Shown: positions 49,389 to 61,115 of the stretch, piece after piece | How the letters are laid out: each line of letters opens with the position of its first letter | How positions within the stretch are numbered: the first letter of the stretch is position 1 | From: a virus | Lineage: Duplodnaviria > Heunggongvirae > Uroviricota > Caudoviricetes | Length of the DNA stretch: 64,000 nucleotides | Reading direction: 5' to 3' (one strand) | IMG/VR virus record: IMGVR_UViG_3300029288_000055 | Span: 234,764-298,763 of that record | Notes under the pieces: generated by a model | The model's input: only the letters and a program-made list of their open reading frames with translations | Databases searched by the model: none | Told to the model about the DNA's origin: nothing | Translations under genes and position numbers: made by a program

Positions 49389-49937
49389 ATGAAAAATTTA
49401 ATTAAGTATTGGGTACAATTAGTCTTATTGGTTGGTGCAATCATCATATTTGGTTGGGTAATACCAGATCAATATTTACAAATGAAGATTAAAGATTCTG
49501 CTATGCGAAACATTTCAAACAATGGTTTGATTTTCAAAGGTGATACAATAACTGTTAGCAACATTTCAACTGTTATGTTATTACCCGAAGACAGGGACAG
49601 CTTGAAAGTAATGTTTAACAGGGCAGATAAATTAAGTGAATACATATACAAAAACAGGTATAGAATTGGTGAATTTGAAAAAGTGCTTGGCACATTACGT
49701 AAGGGTAGTATAGTAGTAAGATACCGTTACAGCATGTTCAATATGGTTACATTAATCTTTGAAGATTCCAGTAGATTTGTTTTTTGGGGTTCAATTAGTA
49801 TAATTTATAATGAGGATGCTGATAAATTTATCTATATTTTGACTAAGTACAAAAAGTATCAGGATGAAGCATATAAAGCAAAAAAGAAAGAAATAGCCAA
49901 AACAAACAAGATAAAGAATAAACTGAAAAGTATTTAA
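49389..49937 (+). CDS. Membrane-anchored hypothetical protein
   Basis: N-terminal TM segment; ECF promoter 49332. Confidence 0.65.
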   Translation: MKNLIKYWVQLVLLVGAIIIFGWVIPDQYLQMKIKDSAMRNISNNGLIFKGDTITVSNISTVMLLPEDRDSLKVMFNRADKLSEYIYKNRYRIGEFEKVLGTLRKGSIVVRYRYSMFNMVTLIFEDSSRFVFWGSISIIYNEDADKFIYILTKYKKYQDEAYKAKKKEIAKTNKIKNKLKSI

Positions 49938-50056
49938 GTTCTCTAATAAATTCGTATTATTAATTAGTAAATATTAGTAAATATTAGTAATCCTTGTTAA
50001 TTAAAATAATATTCACTACATTTGTTCAAAATAATATTATATAATTTAAATCAATT

Positions 50057-50251
50057 ATGGATGAATTAAAATCGGGTGATGTTGTTGTACTTAACTCTGG
50101 CAGTCCTGATATGACAGTCGGGAGTAGGAGTGTGACTGACGCATGCGTTTATTGTCTGTGGTTTGAAGGAGCATTTTTACGTACTGCTGAATTTCCTTTG
50201 GCAACGTTAAAGAAAGCACCAACAAAAGATAAGACACAAGCAGACGGATAA
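50057..50251 (+). CDS. DUF2158 (YodC)-like small protein
   Basis: LKSGDVVVLNSGSPDMTV...CLWFEG...F...L; host-type promoter CTTG-N20-TACATTTG at 49993-50024. Confidence 0.7.
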   Translation: MDELKSGDVVVLNSGSPDMTVGSRSVTDACVYCLWFEGAFLRTAEFPLATLKKAPTKDKTQADG

Positions 50252-50428
50252 TAATTCTGTTGCGAAAAATAAAAATGTCGTTCTGTTGAATAACATTTTT
50301 GCCCTGTGCCTTCGATGAACCTGAGTAAGTGAAGAAGGACAGGGATTTTTGTAACCTTTACAGGGTTTTTTTCGTATAAGAAGTAGTTAATTGAAATATT
50401 TTTATTATTAATCTTACAAACAAAAGCT

Positions 50429-53400
50429 ATGTCTACGTTTAAAAGATGTCCAGTAGTTCTATTAGATCAACAGAGAGAAACCTGTGTAGGTTTAATCCAA
50501 TGTATAAAAGATTGGAAAAGTTTCATACTTCCCAAAGAAGATTTTAAATTTGTCGGTGAATTATCATTTGGTAAAAACATATCTGATGGTGTTTTTGAGT
50601 TTTGGAAACCGATGGCTATATATATTCTCAGCAACGACAAAAAGGATATTCATGATGGTGATTGGGTTTATTTTGATAGTAGCATGAATGAAAGTGGTTA
50701 CAAAGGTTCTGGTATCTGGAAATATTTTAAATCATCATGTCCTACGCCTTATTCGGGCAATATAAAATATTGCAAGAAAATAATTGCAACTACAGATGAA
50801 ACACTTAATTTGCCCTGTCCGTCAAAGTCTTTTGTGATGAAGTATATCACAGAATTTAACAAAGGTAATGTTATTACTCATGTTCTGGTTGCTTATGAAT
50901 ATTTTGATGCTTCAACAGATTATTACGATAATGGTTGTGGAGACGAAAAATTAAAATTAAGACTTATAGTATCTAATTATGATAATACTATTACAATTCG
51001 TAGTATAAAAAATAATTACACTGAGGCTGAACTTATTAATGCGTTGATTGACTTTGCTAAAAATATTGATACTGTCGATAAACAAATACATCCTGAGAAG
51101 TATATTAAAGCATGGATTGAAGAAAATCTGATTTATCCTTTTTAATTAAAAATATTTGTGTAACTTTTGCAGAATAATTAACGTATAAGTGATATGAAAG
51201 ATTTAATTGAAGATATAAACGCATTGCCAGTTACTTACAAAGCTGAGAATACTTGGGTTAATAAAAGGCTTGTGCCTGTAAGTATTAAACTGGTTGAACT
51301 GGATAAGGTTATTGAATTACTGAAACATAATCCAGTAAATGACTTCATAAGGGATATCATAACTGATCTGGAAAATCTTTCAAATGATTATCGTGCAACA
51401 AGTGATGGCAGTAAAACTGAATATGTTATTGACAAAGCTGATCTTGACGCATATATTCAGCAACTTAAAGACAGAATATTATAATATCAAATAATACTAT
51501 TATGAAAGCATACTACACAAACGCAGACAATTTTACAACCTTAGTTGGTGAGAGAGTTTTACTTCACCAGAAGAACGGTGGCTGTTATGCAGGTAAACTT
51601 GTGAGAGAACACAAGCATTTATACGATAAGAAATACATGGATAGTATTGTATTTGTTGGTTTTTGTCCTTTTCATCTTGATCTGGAAAACAACAATCCGC
51701 ATAATTTCAGACAGCAATTTGAAAACGCTTACACTGATGCAGATGCTCTAAATTACAAAACAGCAGGGTATATTGCTGATGAAAACGGTGAAAATAATGA
51801 TAATAATAATTTCATTATTGAATACAATGATAATCTTAAACTTTGGGATATTATTCTCAAAGAAAATAAAGAAAATTTTGAGCCAGAGAAGGCAAGAATG
51901 AAAAAAGAATTTAATGAAAGGTTTGAGTTACGAGAGATAAGATAATAAGATTAAATGATATTATTATGAAAACAGATTTAACAACAGAAGCTAATTTATA
52001 TACTGGTTATTTCGCAAATGAAAAAACCTTTACTCAGGTTCATATTGTTAAAGACAATAAACCTATATGTGGAGCGAATATCGGAGCAGATAAAAAATTT
52101 CAACTTAATGCTCATGGTGTTTTCAAGAGTTATCTTGAATGTGAGCATTGCAGAAAGAAAATTGCAAAGATTATGAAAAAAATACTTAATCCAGACATCA
52201 AATTAGAAGCAGGAACTATTGTAAAACTCAAAAGAAAACCTACAAATGAAAATAATGCAACTGTTGTTTTCAGAGGTATAAAATCAGTTGATTATAAAAA
52301 GAAAATAATTAGTTGTGATGATAATATTGATTATAAATTCAAAGATATTATTTCGAAATAGTTTTATTTAAAAATATATATTATGAAAACTAATATTGAA
52401 AATAAAAAATTTATAACAGAAGTAGTTTCAAAAAATATTACATTTCCTTATTATGGTTGGTGGTCACATAAAAAAGAAGAGATTATCAAAATGTATCCTG
52501 AATATTATGAACACGACAAATCATTATTAAAACGTATTGTGGTTGTGAATATCAAAATGGGTTGGAACACTGATACAGAAATCAGAAAGGATTTTATCAC
52601 TGTATCAAATAATGTGATTAGTTCAGAGATACAAACATATCTCAGGGATTATGCAGATCAGGCAACAGAAGCTGAATTTCTTGAATTTCGTAATAAGGCA
52701 ATAATAGATTTAATATAATTATTTGGTGTTGGTGAGTATCAGATAATGAAATAATACTTATCTTTACATATTAAAATTTAAATGATAAGATTTTAATTAA
52801 AACTATACATTATGAATTCAATGAACGAATTACCAATGAATATGACAAGAGTATTTGTTTTATTTTATCAGACCAATGTTTTTGAATTTGCTGATTTTAA
52901 AGATGGATTATTTCAAATTGGTGAATATTGGTATCAGCCTTCTGATTTTAAAGGATGGTTATCAATTAAAGATTTAAAAACTGTACTTGAAGTTTTTTAG
53001 TTAAACATTTTAATAATGTCTTGTGTTTAATAAAATTATGTGTTATTTTTGTAAAAAATAAATTTTATTTAAATCATAATGTATGAAAAATTTTAATGAA
53101 TTAAAAGAAAAAATAAAAAAAGAAGAAGAAAAAATAAAAGACAAAACATTTGCCCTTACACAAAAAGAAATAATAATAAATCAAGCACAAATATATAGTG
53201 ACGTTAATTGTATTCTTATATTATTAGAAAAAATGGCAAAACAATTAAATATTGAAATAAAAGATGATGATGGCAATATTATTTCAATTGATGATTATTG
53301 TGATTTAATAAAAAAAGATATGTTTTATACATTTTGGGAATGTCATGAAAAATAAATAAATTCTAATTTATTTATTAAATCCTGTAACATTTACAGGATT

Positions 53401-53752
53401 TTTTCGTATAATACCTAATTACAAATGCTAATATTTTTAATTAAAAACACATATTATGCAAACATTTATAGAATCTTTTGAATTACAGGTTGATGAAAAA
53501 ACAAACGGTGCAGTTATTCGCATTAATGATATCAGAGGTTGCAGGATAAGAATCTGTGGAATACCTAAAGAACTTGTATTTGATGAAAAGGGAGAAGTAA
53601 GATCATTCATTGATATTACATATCCAAAGCAATTGAATGCTTATGAACGTACAGCAAAAGCAATTGAATTGATGACAGATATTGCTGTAAAATCTAAATC
53701 TGCAATAATTACAATTGCACAGAAGAATCCAAAGAAATCAAAGAAAAAGTAA
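50429..53752 (+). other. Hypothetical CDSs (50429-51145, 51194-51484, 51502-51945, 51966-52361, 52383-52718, 52812-53000, 53083-53355, 53456-53752)
   Basis: ORF track, consistent strand and leaders. Confidence 0.7.
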
Positions 53753-53804
53753 CTTTATCTGGTTGTTTTACGTATAAGTATTATAATCAATAAACAATAA
53801 CAAC

Positions 53805-55055
53805 ATGGGATGTAAGCAAACAAGCAAAGAAATAATCGAATCAGGTGTAGTACATTTCAGGGTAGGCGAAGACTTAGGTTTACGTCTTATGGAAATTGCA
53901 CAGGAACATTTGACCGAAGCCAATAATCCTGTTAAGGCACTTAAAACTATTACAGAAAGTCTTTCAGGTTGTCCTACTGATCTTGCTATCAGAATATTGA
54001 AAGGTGAAATGGTATTGCCAGTTGATGTAGAATCACAGCAAGTTATTTGCCAAGATCGTATCGCAGGTGAGCATGATCGTTTTCCAAAGATTGACCCTTG
54101 CTATTGGATTGAGAAACGCAAAGAGAATATTGAATATCATGGTGACAATCTCATACAGGGATTCAAAGAATTACAGAAGCAGATCAGGCTTAATGACAGG
54201 CATGTTACAATCAGTTTGTCTTATGATGAAATCTTCAAATTTGTCAGTGGCACAGATCAGGATATGTTTGAATATCTTCGTGACAACTACTATGAAGTAG
54301 ATGTAATTGCAAACCTGTTTGAAACTACAAAGAAATACATTGAGTTTTCAATGTCTATCATGAACACAATGGACTGGATGCTGAAAACATTCAATGAGTT
54401 TGCTCAAAGCAAAGAATATGTTGCACCCAACAAACTTTTTGTTGAATACAACGGCATGAAAGGTGATTGTTCTGCTATGTTGACTGACGTAATGATGGTC
54501 ATGAAAGAAACTTTGAATTTCGAGTTTGATATGAAACGCATTGATGATGTTGATGATAATGTCCAGAAGTATATTGATTCAGCAATGGCAATTGATGAAA
54601 TTGTAAAGAAAGGTATTGAACCTTGTGATATCATGGATAACTATTCAGCAGGTTGGCTTTCTCCTGACGGTGTGTACTATGCGCTCAATGGTGAAATTGC
54701 CAATATGCTTCACATACAGATTGCTGATGCATTGCAGGAGCAGGGCATTGTACCAAAGAAACCTGATGATGAAGTAGGTGCAGAACTCAATCCTTTTGAA
54801 TGGCTTGAAACACATGGTTGGGTTAAGATACATGGTAATAACATCAATTTTGATGGTTGCAACAACTTTCAGAAGGGTAAAAAGAATATTGATATAACTG
54901 ATAAGCAGATTACTGTTATCAGGGATTATATTACTGATTGTCATCAATGTGAAATAAAGGTTGGTTGGAGAATGGAACGTCAGAGCATTGGAATGTTTAC
55001 AGTAATGGCTATGCAAAACTTACCTGCATTGTACAAGAAATATTTTGAATATTAA
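53805..55055 (+). CDS. Hypothetical protein (416 aa), C-terminal AGWLSPDG...H motif
   Basis: Long ORF behind ECF promoter 53749. Confidence 0.75.
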   Translation: MGCKQTSKEIIESGVVHFRVGEDLGLRLMEIAQEHLTEANNPVKALKTITESLSGCPTDLAIRILKGEMVLPVDVESQQVICQDRIAGEHDRFPKIDPCYWIEKRKENIEYHGDNLIQGFKELQKQIRLNDRHVTISLSYDEIFKFVSGTDQDMFEYLRDNYYEVDVIANLFETTKKYIEFSMSIMNTMDWMLKTFNEFAQSKEYVAPNKLFVEYNGMKGDCSAMLTDVMMVMKETLNFEFDMKRIDDVDDNVQKYIDSAMAIDEIVKKGIEPCDIMDNYSAGWLSPDGVYYALNGEIANMLHIQIADALQEQGIVPKKPDDEVGAELNPFEWLETHGWVKIHGNNINFDGCNNFQKGKKNIDITDKQITVIRDYITDCHQCEIKVGWRMERQSIGMFTVMAMQNLPALYKKYFEY

Positions 55056-55072
55056 ATAATAAATTAAAATAA

Positions 55073-55612
55073 ATGTCAATTTTACAATTATCAGAGGTTC
55101 GTAAGAAAATGCCTTTTCATATTAATTATGGATTATCAGCATTTACAATACGTGATCTTCTGGAAAAAAACTTCGGATATTCTTTGGATTTTGATGTTTA
55201 TTTACCTTCAAAAAAGCTGAATTTACAAAGACCTTTTTGTTGGACTTTACATCAAAAGCAAGAATTAATAATGTCTTTATTAAAAGGTATTCATATTCCT
55301 ATGATGTCTTTTATTCATTATGAGCATAAAGTGTTTAAGATCATTGATGGAAAACAAAGATTATCGGCTTGGTTGTGGTTTTGTGAAGGTAAGTTTCCAA
55401 TTATATTTAATGGTAATGAATATTATTTTAAAGACCTTGATAATTGGGCACAGGGAGAATTGATGTGGACTAATTGGGTTAAAGCTGATGTAGCTTATGA
55501 ATATGAGGATAAATTAATTTCTGATGAATGGAAAATAGCTTGGTTTGAAATGATAAATTTTATGGGAACACCACAAGATATTGAACATTTAAACAGTCTG
55601 AAAAATAAATAA
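55073..55612 (+). CDS. Stand-alone DUF262 (ParB/GmrSD-N-like) protein
   Basis: LQRPFCWT..QKQELI.SLL.GI.IP....IIDGKQRL. Confidence 0.75.
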   Translation: MSILQLSEVRKKMPFHINYGLSAFTIRDLLEKNFGYSLDFDVYLPSKKLNLQRPFCWTLHQKQELIMSLLKGIHIPMMSFIHYEHKVFKIIDGKQRLSAWLWFCEGKFPIIFNGNEYYFKDLDNWAQGELMWTNWVKADVAYEYEDKLISDEWKIAWFEMINFMGTPQDIEHLNSLKNK

Positions 55613-55619
55613 TGTACAG

Positions 55620-58605
55620 ATGGAAATAGTTAAATTTGTTTATTGTAATAAAGAATATTATTTTAAAGAACATTTAATTTTTACAGGTACTACAGATTTT
55701 AATGAAGAAAAACGTGATGAAGTATTTATAAAATTTATTCATAATAAAAATAGTTATGATTTAAAAGAATATTGGGATTTATCTGATAAAGAATTGCTTG
55801 ATAAAATGATAATAAAAGAATTGTCCAAACCTATTACCTTTCCTAAATTTGATAATGAACATTCTTTTCAAATAAAATTTAATGGTAAAACAATAAAAAA
55901 TCCAACAATAATTTCAATAAGATGGTCTGGATATATTTGGGAGTATAGAATCAAAAATATTGGACATGAATATGATTATCAACCAGAAAGTAAATTAGAG
56001 AAAATATTTTGAATATTAATTTTAATTAAAACAACAATATTATGAGAACAAAAATTTTTACATACAAAGGTGTTATCGGAGCAGAAACCGATTTAGACAA
56101 CGGTAAATTTCTCAATAGTCCCAAAGATGGTGGTCAGTTGGGTTGTGTTATTGACACAAAAGAAATTGACATTACCAAAGAAGCCAAAGAACTGATTAAG
56201 TCAGCACCAAAAGAAGGTGGCAGTTTTGCACCCATTATGTTGACAAAACATAGTGATGGTAGCGGTTCATCTGTTGGTCTTATGGGATTCTGGAAACATT
56301 TATTTGCAGGAGATGAACTGTGTATTGGCAGAACTTGTGAAACATCTGTACTGGATGATTGCAACGAAATCGAGATTGAAATTCCCGAAGAATTTAAAAA
56401 AGTTGTGGATGCTAATTTTTAATTAAAATCAATATCTATGAGAATTAAGAGTAAGTTTAAACCAAAGAAAGTAAAGCATCACAGGAATTGGAAAAACATA
56501 TCGTTTGTTGACCCATTTACTGGATTCTTTCATACTGGCAGATATCGTCTGGATGAAATTAATCTACTTGAACGGTTTGTTGAGGTAAAGATACTTAAAT
56601 AGTTAATTATGAACAAAGAAGAATATTTAAAAAAGAAAGGCATAATTCATGATGATCTTGGATTAATGTATTTTACTTATTTCAACAAAGATAAAAATGT
56701 TGTAAGTAAATTTGCTATACCAATACGCAAAATATCACAATTTAAGTATACAAGTTATCCTGAGAATGGAAAACCTGTTGAACATACAGGTACACATTAT
56801 ACATTTAATGAAGCACCTTATGAGATTGATTTTCATGAAAATGAAAATTCTGGTGTTAATGAAGGATGGGCAAGTGGATTCGGTGATTTGCTTCGTTGGT
56901 GTTACTTTGGATTCTATAATCCTACAAGTCAGGATGATAAATATAATAAACTGTTAGAAGAACAGAAACATTGGAAAGAACAAGAAGATAAAGAAATTAT
57001 AATGCCATCAGCAGAATAAATATTATGGTAAGAATTATGGTAAGATATTACGATAAAAACGGTAAATCTACTGGTTGGTTGTCAGACAAACCAAAAGAAT
57101 ATGAATTAAAGAGATTGACAATTGATCAATTACAAATAATTGCTAAAAGAAAGAAAGGATTAAAAAAGATTCTTATTGAATTTTTAATGAAGTCGTAACC
57201 TTTTTAATTAATAATACGTATAAGGGTTATAAAGTATTAACTAATAATTACTACGATGCCAAAAATGTTCATGAGAGTTAAAGACAGTCAGACTAAGAAA
57301 GTATATTACTTTCAGTGGTCAACAATAAGTGATTCACCATGTAGTGATGCTGTTGAAACCAATGATTTTGATGAACTTCATCACCAGATAAGTAGAAGCA
57401 AATTCAAAACCAGTGTTGAATGGGCAGAGGCATTCGCAAGAGATAGAATTCAACTTGGTAAAACTAATGTAAGTAATCCTGAGTATACAAGAAAAGAATT
57501 ACTTGCATGTAGTGATGAACATAAAACTGTAAACAGTTTAATTGAATATTGCAAGGCGAATATTGTAAAATATTAATTATGAGTGTACAATCAAATAGTA
57601 AACATTACGAAGCCTATTACAAACAGGTTTTAGATGGCAAAAGAGTAAAAGATAAAACTCTGGCTAAAGTCTTTGATATAATCACTGATCTTTCAGATAG
57701 ACGTGGATTACGTCAAGAGTGGGAACAAATTGATGGTGATATTCAGGACGAGATCATTGAAAAATGGAAGGAAATTATTGATAAAGAATAATATTATGGC
57801 AATAACTAAAGATGACAAGACGGGTTTAGTTTATATTGATGAAGTACCTTTCACAAAAACACATTTAAAAAAGTTACGGAAACTTTTCAAATATGCAAAG
57901 AAGGTTTGCAACGGTCAATTTAAACATGTGGTTGTAATCACAGACACTGAAAATCAGCCAAATGAAGGTGTGACTAAAAGTGTTGTGATTGATCAAGCAC
58001 TAATCAACGACATTTTTAAACTGTATGATCTTAAAAAGATAGCAAGAGACAAACGATTCACAAAATAAGAAAAATTATGAAAAACTATCAAAATAGATTC
58101 GATACTGATATGTCATTTGTTGATTCAATGGTTAATGAAACCAATGAACAAGATTTACCAGATGATGTATTCACACAGGCGTGTGATGAATTTGGTTTGA
58201 GTGAAGAAGATGCAATGGGATTAATGGTATTATCCACAAAGTATCAATTTCACAGAATTGAACACGGATGGTTTATAACAACGAAATAATATGACAAATT
58301 GGATAGACTTTGAAAGGGATGATCTGAATGCTATACCAAAGGCATTTGATAAGGGATGGCTACCTGAATTTGATTATAAGGACAAAAGATATGGGAGATT
58401 TACTCCTGATAATATACCAATGAATTGTGTCAGTTTTAAGAAAGGGAATAAGTATACGTGGAAAATATACCACATATCTTTACCAAAAGAAAATGAAGTT
58501 TGGGGTGATCTGTCTGAACTCTGGCGTGTGGCTGACTTGATTGATAATCATTATTGCAATCACAGGACTTATAATACAATTCAAGAAGTTTTTGAAAAAG
58601 AGTAA
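55620..58605 (+). other. Hypothetical CDSs (55620-56012, 56042-56422, 56438-56602, 56609-57019, 57256-57576, 57579-57791, about 57796-58068, 58077-58289, 58291-58605)
   Basis: ORF track plus 56438-56602 read by hand. Confidence 0.65.
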
Positions 58606-58654
58606 CCTTTTTAATTAAATTTACGTATAATAATCATAACCAATAATAAAGACA

Positions 58655-59104
58655 ATGAGTAAAGAAAAAATTTACATTACCACAGTTAAAATCGCAGTCA
58701 CCGCATCAAGCGAAGATGAAGCGTTTGAATCTATAAATTATTCATTACATGATCTTCTTAAAGAGCGTGGAGCAATTCTTGATTGGCAGTATGATAAACC
58801 AGACAGCAAAATTGCTGAACGTGGTGAATATAAACCTGATGAATATGAAGAAGGTCAGGCATTTGTTTATAACTACATGGAGCGTATTAAAGAAGCACTT
58901 CGTGAAGGTAGAAAATTAGGTGCAATTAAAATCTATAAGGATGCAACAGGTGAAGGACTGAGAGAGGCAAAAGATGTTATTGACAGTCTTTGCCCTGAGT
59001 TCTTGAAGAAAGATGAATCTGAGAGAGATTTCTTACAGGAGCATAAAGACGAAAACAAGTCAGGCTATGGTAATACTGATATTGGATTTGTTCATTCATT
59101 TTGA
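58655..59104 (+). CDS. Protein with C-terminal ribosomal L7/L12 CTD-like motif
   Basis: GRKLGAIKIYKDATGEGLREAKDVIDSL. Confidence 0.6.
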   Translation: MSKEKIYITTVKIAVTASSEDEAFESINYSLHDLLKERGAILDWQYDKPDSKIAERGEYKPDEYEEGQAFVYNYMERIKEALREGRKLGAIKIYKDATGEGLREAKDVIDSLCPEFLKKDESERDFLQEHKDENKSGYGNTDIGFVHSF

Positions 59105-59111
59105 TAGTGAT

Positions 59112-59794
59112 ATGGCAAAAGTAAAATACATAAAGACAAAGGATAATCAGATTATTGTATTTGGTGAATACTATACTCATGATCAATTCAAACACTTTAA
59201 ACCAATCAGTGCGGGGTTTATATGGTTTGGTACAGTTGCACACGGTGAGCCATCTTGCACCTGTTATGGCGAGAGTATTTCACTTGGCTTGAAAGCTGAT
59301 GAAAAAGTTGATACTGAACTGGCAAGAAACCAAATTTTAGGTTACGGATACTTTTAATTAAAAACGATGGCAACACATATACGCACATATTATGATTCTA
59401 TAAATGATGTTACTGTTAAATTTCGCAGTGATGCAAAACAATCAACAATTACTGCACTTGAATTTAATGGTGAATGGTATATTGTGAAGCATATCTTAGA
59501 AGATTGGGGTTATATAGTTATTGAATGCCCTGCAAGCAATTGAAAACATATAGCAAAGATATTAACGTTTATTGTGATGCACAGAAAGATGACTGCTACT
59601 GTTGGCATGAAGGTTCTGTAACATTACAATGGTGGCAAGGCAAAAGCATTGCATTTAAGATACTCAAAGCTACTGGTTGGATATTAGGCAAAGAGAAAGA
59701 TATTTGTCCTTATTGCTCAAAAGGGATTAAGCAATTCAATTGCACAACCGATAAAAGCGATAGAGAATTAATTAAAAATGCTAATAAAGTGTAA
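59112..59794 (+). other. Small hypothetical CDSs (59112-59357, about 59367-59549, 59525-59794)
   Basis: ORF track and hand reading. Confidence 0.55.
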
Positions 59795-59886
59795 CTTTTC
59801 TAAAATAGTTTACGTATAATAATCTCCAAAACATTCAAAATTTAGGATAAATTAGGAATAATTAGTAATAACTTAAAGCAATAAAA

Positions 59887-60435
59887 ATGAAGAAAATTTT
59901 TGGATTACTTTCGATTATGATGATCAGTATGTTTATAATGACATCATGTGATTACACCACACCGAAATCAAGTTCAGGTGTTGAAAAAGCTACTATTCAG
60001 GTTGCTACCGATGCAAATGGTAATAGTGTTGAACAGAAAAATATTATGGAGAGATTGACCAGAGATAATAAACCGGGTTCTATAAAGCACCTATACGTTA
60101 TTTCTACTTATTCAGGACAGGTACTGATCTATTCAACTGTTAATGGTAAAGTAACTTCTGCAAGTAAAAGATTAACACCTTCAACTATTAGTGGTACTGG
60201 TGGTACTGGTGGTATTGGATTTTATATAAAGATTGGTGATGTTAATGCATTTACACAAGAAGTTCTTGGTGATGACGGTTCTTATGGTTCATCAGACCCA
60301 TATATTTATTGGTTCGATGTTAAGGGAGTATATCATCAGCATTATTTGTCAGGTGGTCAGATCATACATATATCAGATCAACCTCTTGCAGTTAAAAATG
60401 TTGTACTTAACATGGAATTGACCGATGAAAAATAA
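59887..60435 (+). CDS. Putative lipoprotein
   Basis: MKKIFGLLSIMMISMFIMTS-C; GKVTSASKRL; WFD..G.YHQ. Confidence 0.75.
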   Translation: MKKIFGLLSIMMISMFIMTSCDYTTPKSSSGVEKATIQVATDANGNSVEQKNIMERLTRDNKPGSIKHLYVISTYSGQVLIYSTVNGKVTSASKRLTPSTISGTGGTGGIGFYIKIGDVNAFTQEVLGDDGSYGSSDPYIYWFDVKGVYHQHYLSGGQIIHISDQPLAVKNVVLNMELTDEK

Positions 60436-60865
60436 GATATTAATTACAATCCTTTGCATGATAACATTCAGTATGTTATCATGCAGATATGTAAACAATG
60501 CCAGTGATACGGCATTCAAGGAATTTAAGCCTTCGGAATTGCTCAAAAAATATGAGTATTACAAAGATGCAAGTGCAGCATTGGATAAAAAGATCGCAGA
60601 TATTCAGGTTTATGATGTAAGAGTTAATTCAATGTTGGAGCAATATAAAGATGTGAAACGTCAGGATTGGGCAAGAGATGACAGAGAACAGTTGTCAATA
60701 TGGCAATCAGAAGTTGCAGGGATTAAGGCTTCATACAATCAATTAGCTTCAGACTATAATTCAGCTATGTCAAAGTTTAATTATGCGTTTTGCAATACTG
60801 GAAAATTACCACAAGGTGCTGAAGTACCATTACCAAGAGAATACAAACCATACATTTATAAATAA
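60425..60865 (+). CDS. Putative lipoprotein, translationally coupled to the previous gene
   Basis: MKNKILITILCMITFSMLS-C; ELLKKYEYYKD...YN..AS.YNSAMSKFN. Confidence 0.7.
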   Translation: MKNKILITILCMITFSMLSCRYVNNASDTAFKEFKPSELLKKYEYYKDASAALDKKIADIQVYDVRVNSMLEQYKDVKRQDWARDDREQLSIWQSEVAGIKASYNQLASDYNSAMSKFNYAFCNTGKLPQGAEVPLPREYKPYIYK

Positions 60866-61115
60866 ACTTTTTTACAAATTTGTTTTTTTCTACTTTTTTA
60901 CTTTGATTAACTCCAACGGGACATTACGTTGGAGTTTTTCTTTTATAGTCAGTTACAAACAAGACAACATATGTTTTTAATTAAAAACGATTAATAAATT
61001 AATTATACAGGTGTTTTTATTTAAAAAAGAATTATCTGTTATTTTGTAACTAATCCAAATATATTTCGTATAATTGCATAGAAATAGATTTATTATTAAC
61101 CAACAAAAAGCAATT

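Noticed and set aside
50302-50344. Hammerhead ribozyme
   Set aside because: CTGAGTA is not CTGANGA, and no GAAA..UH three-stem core can be built.
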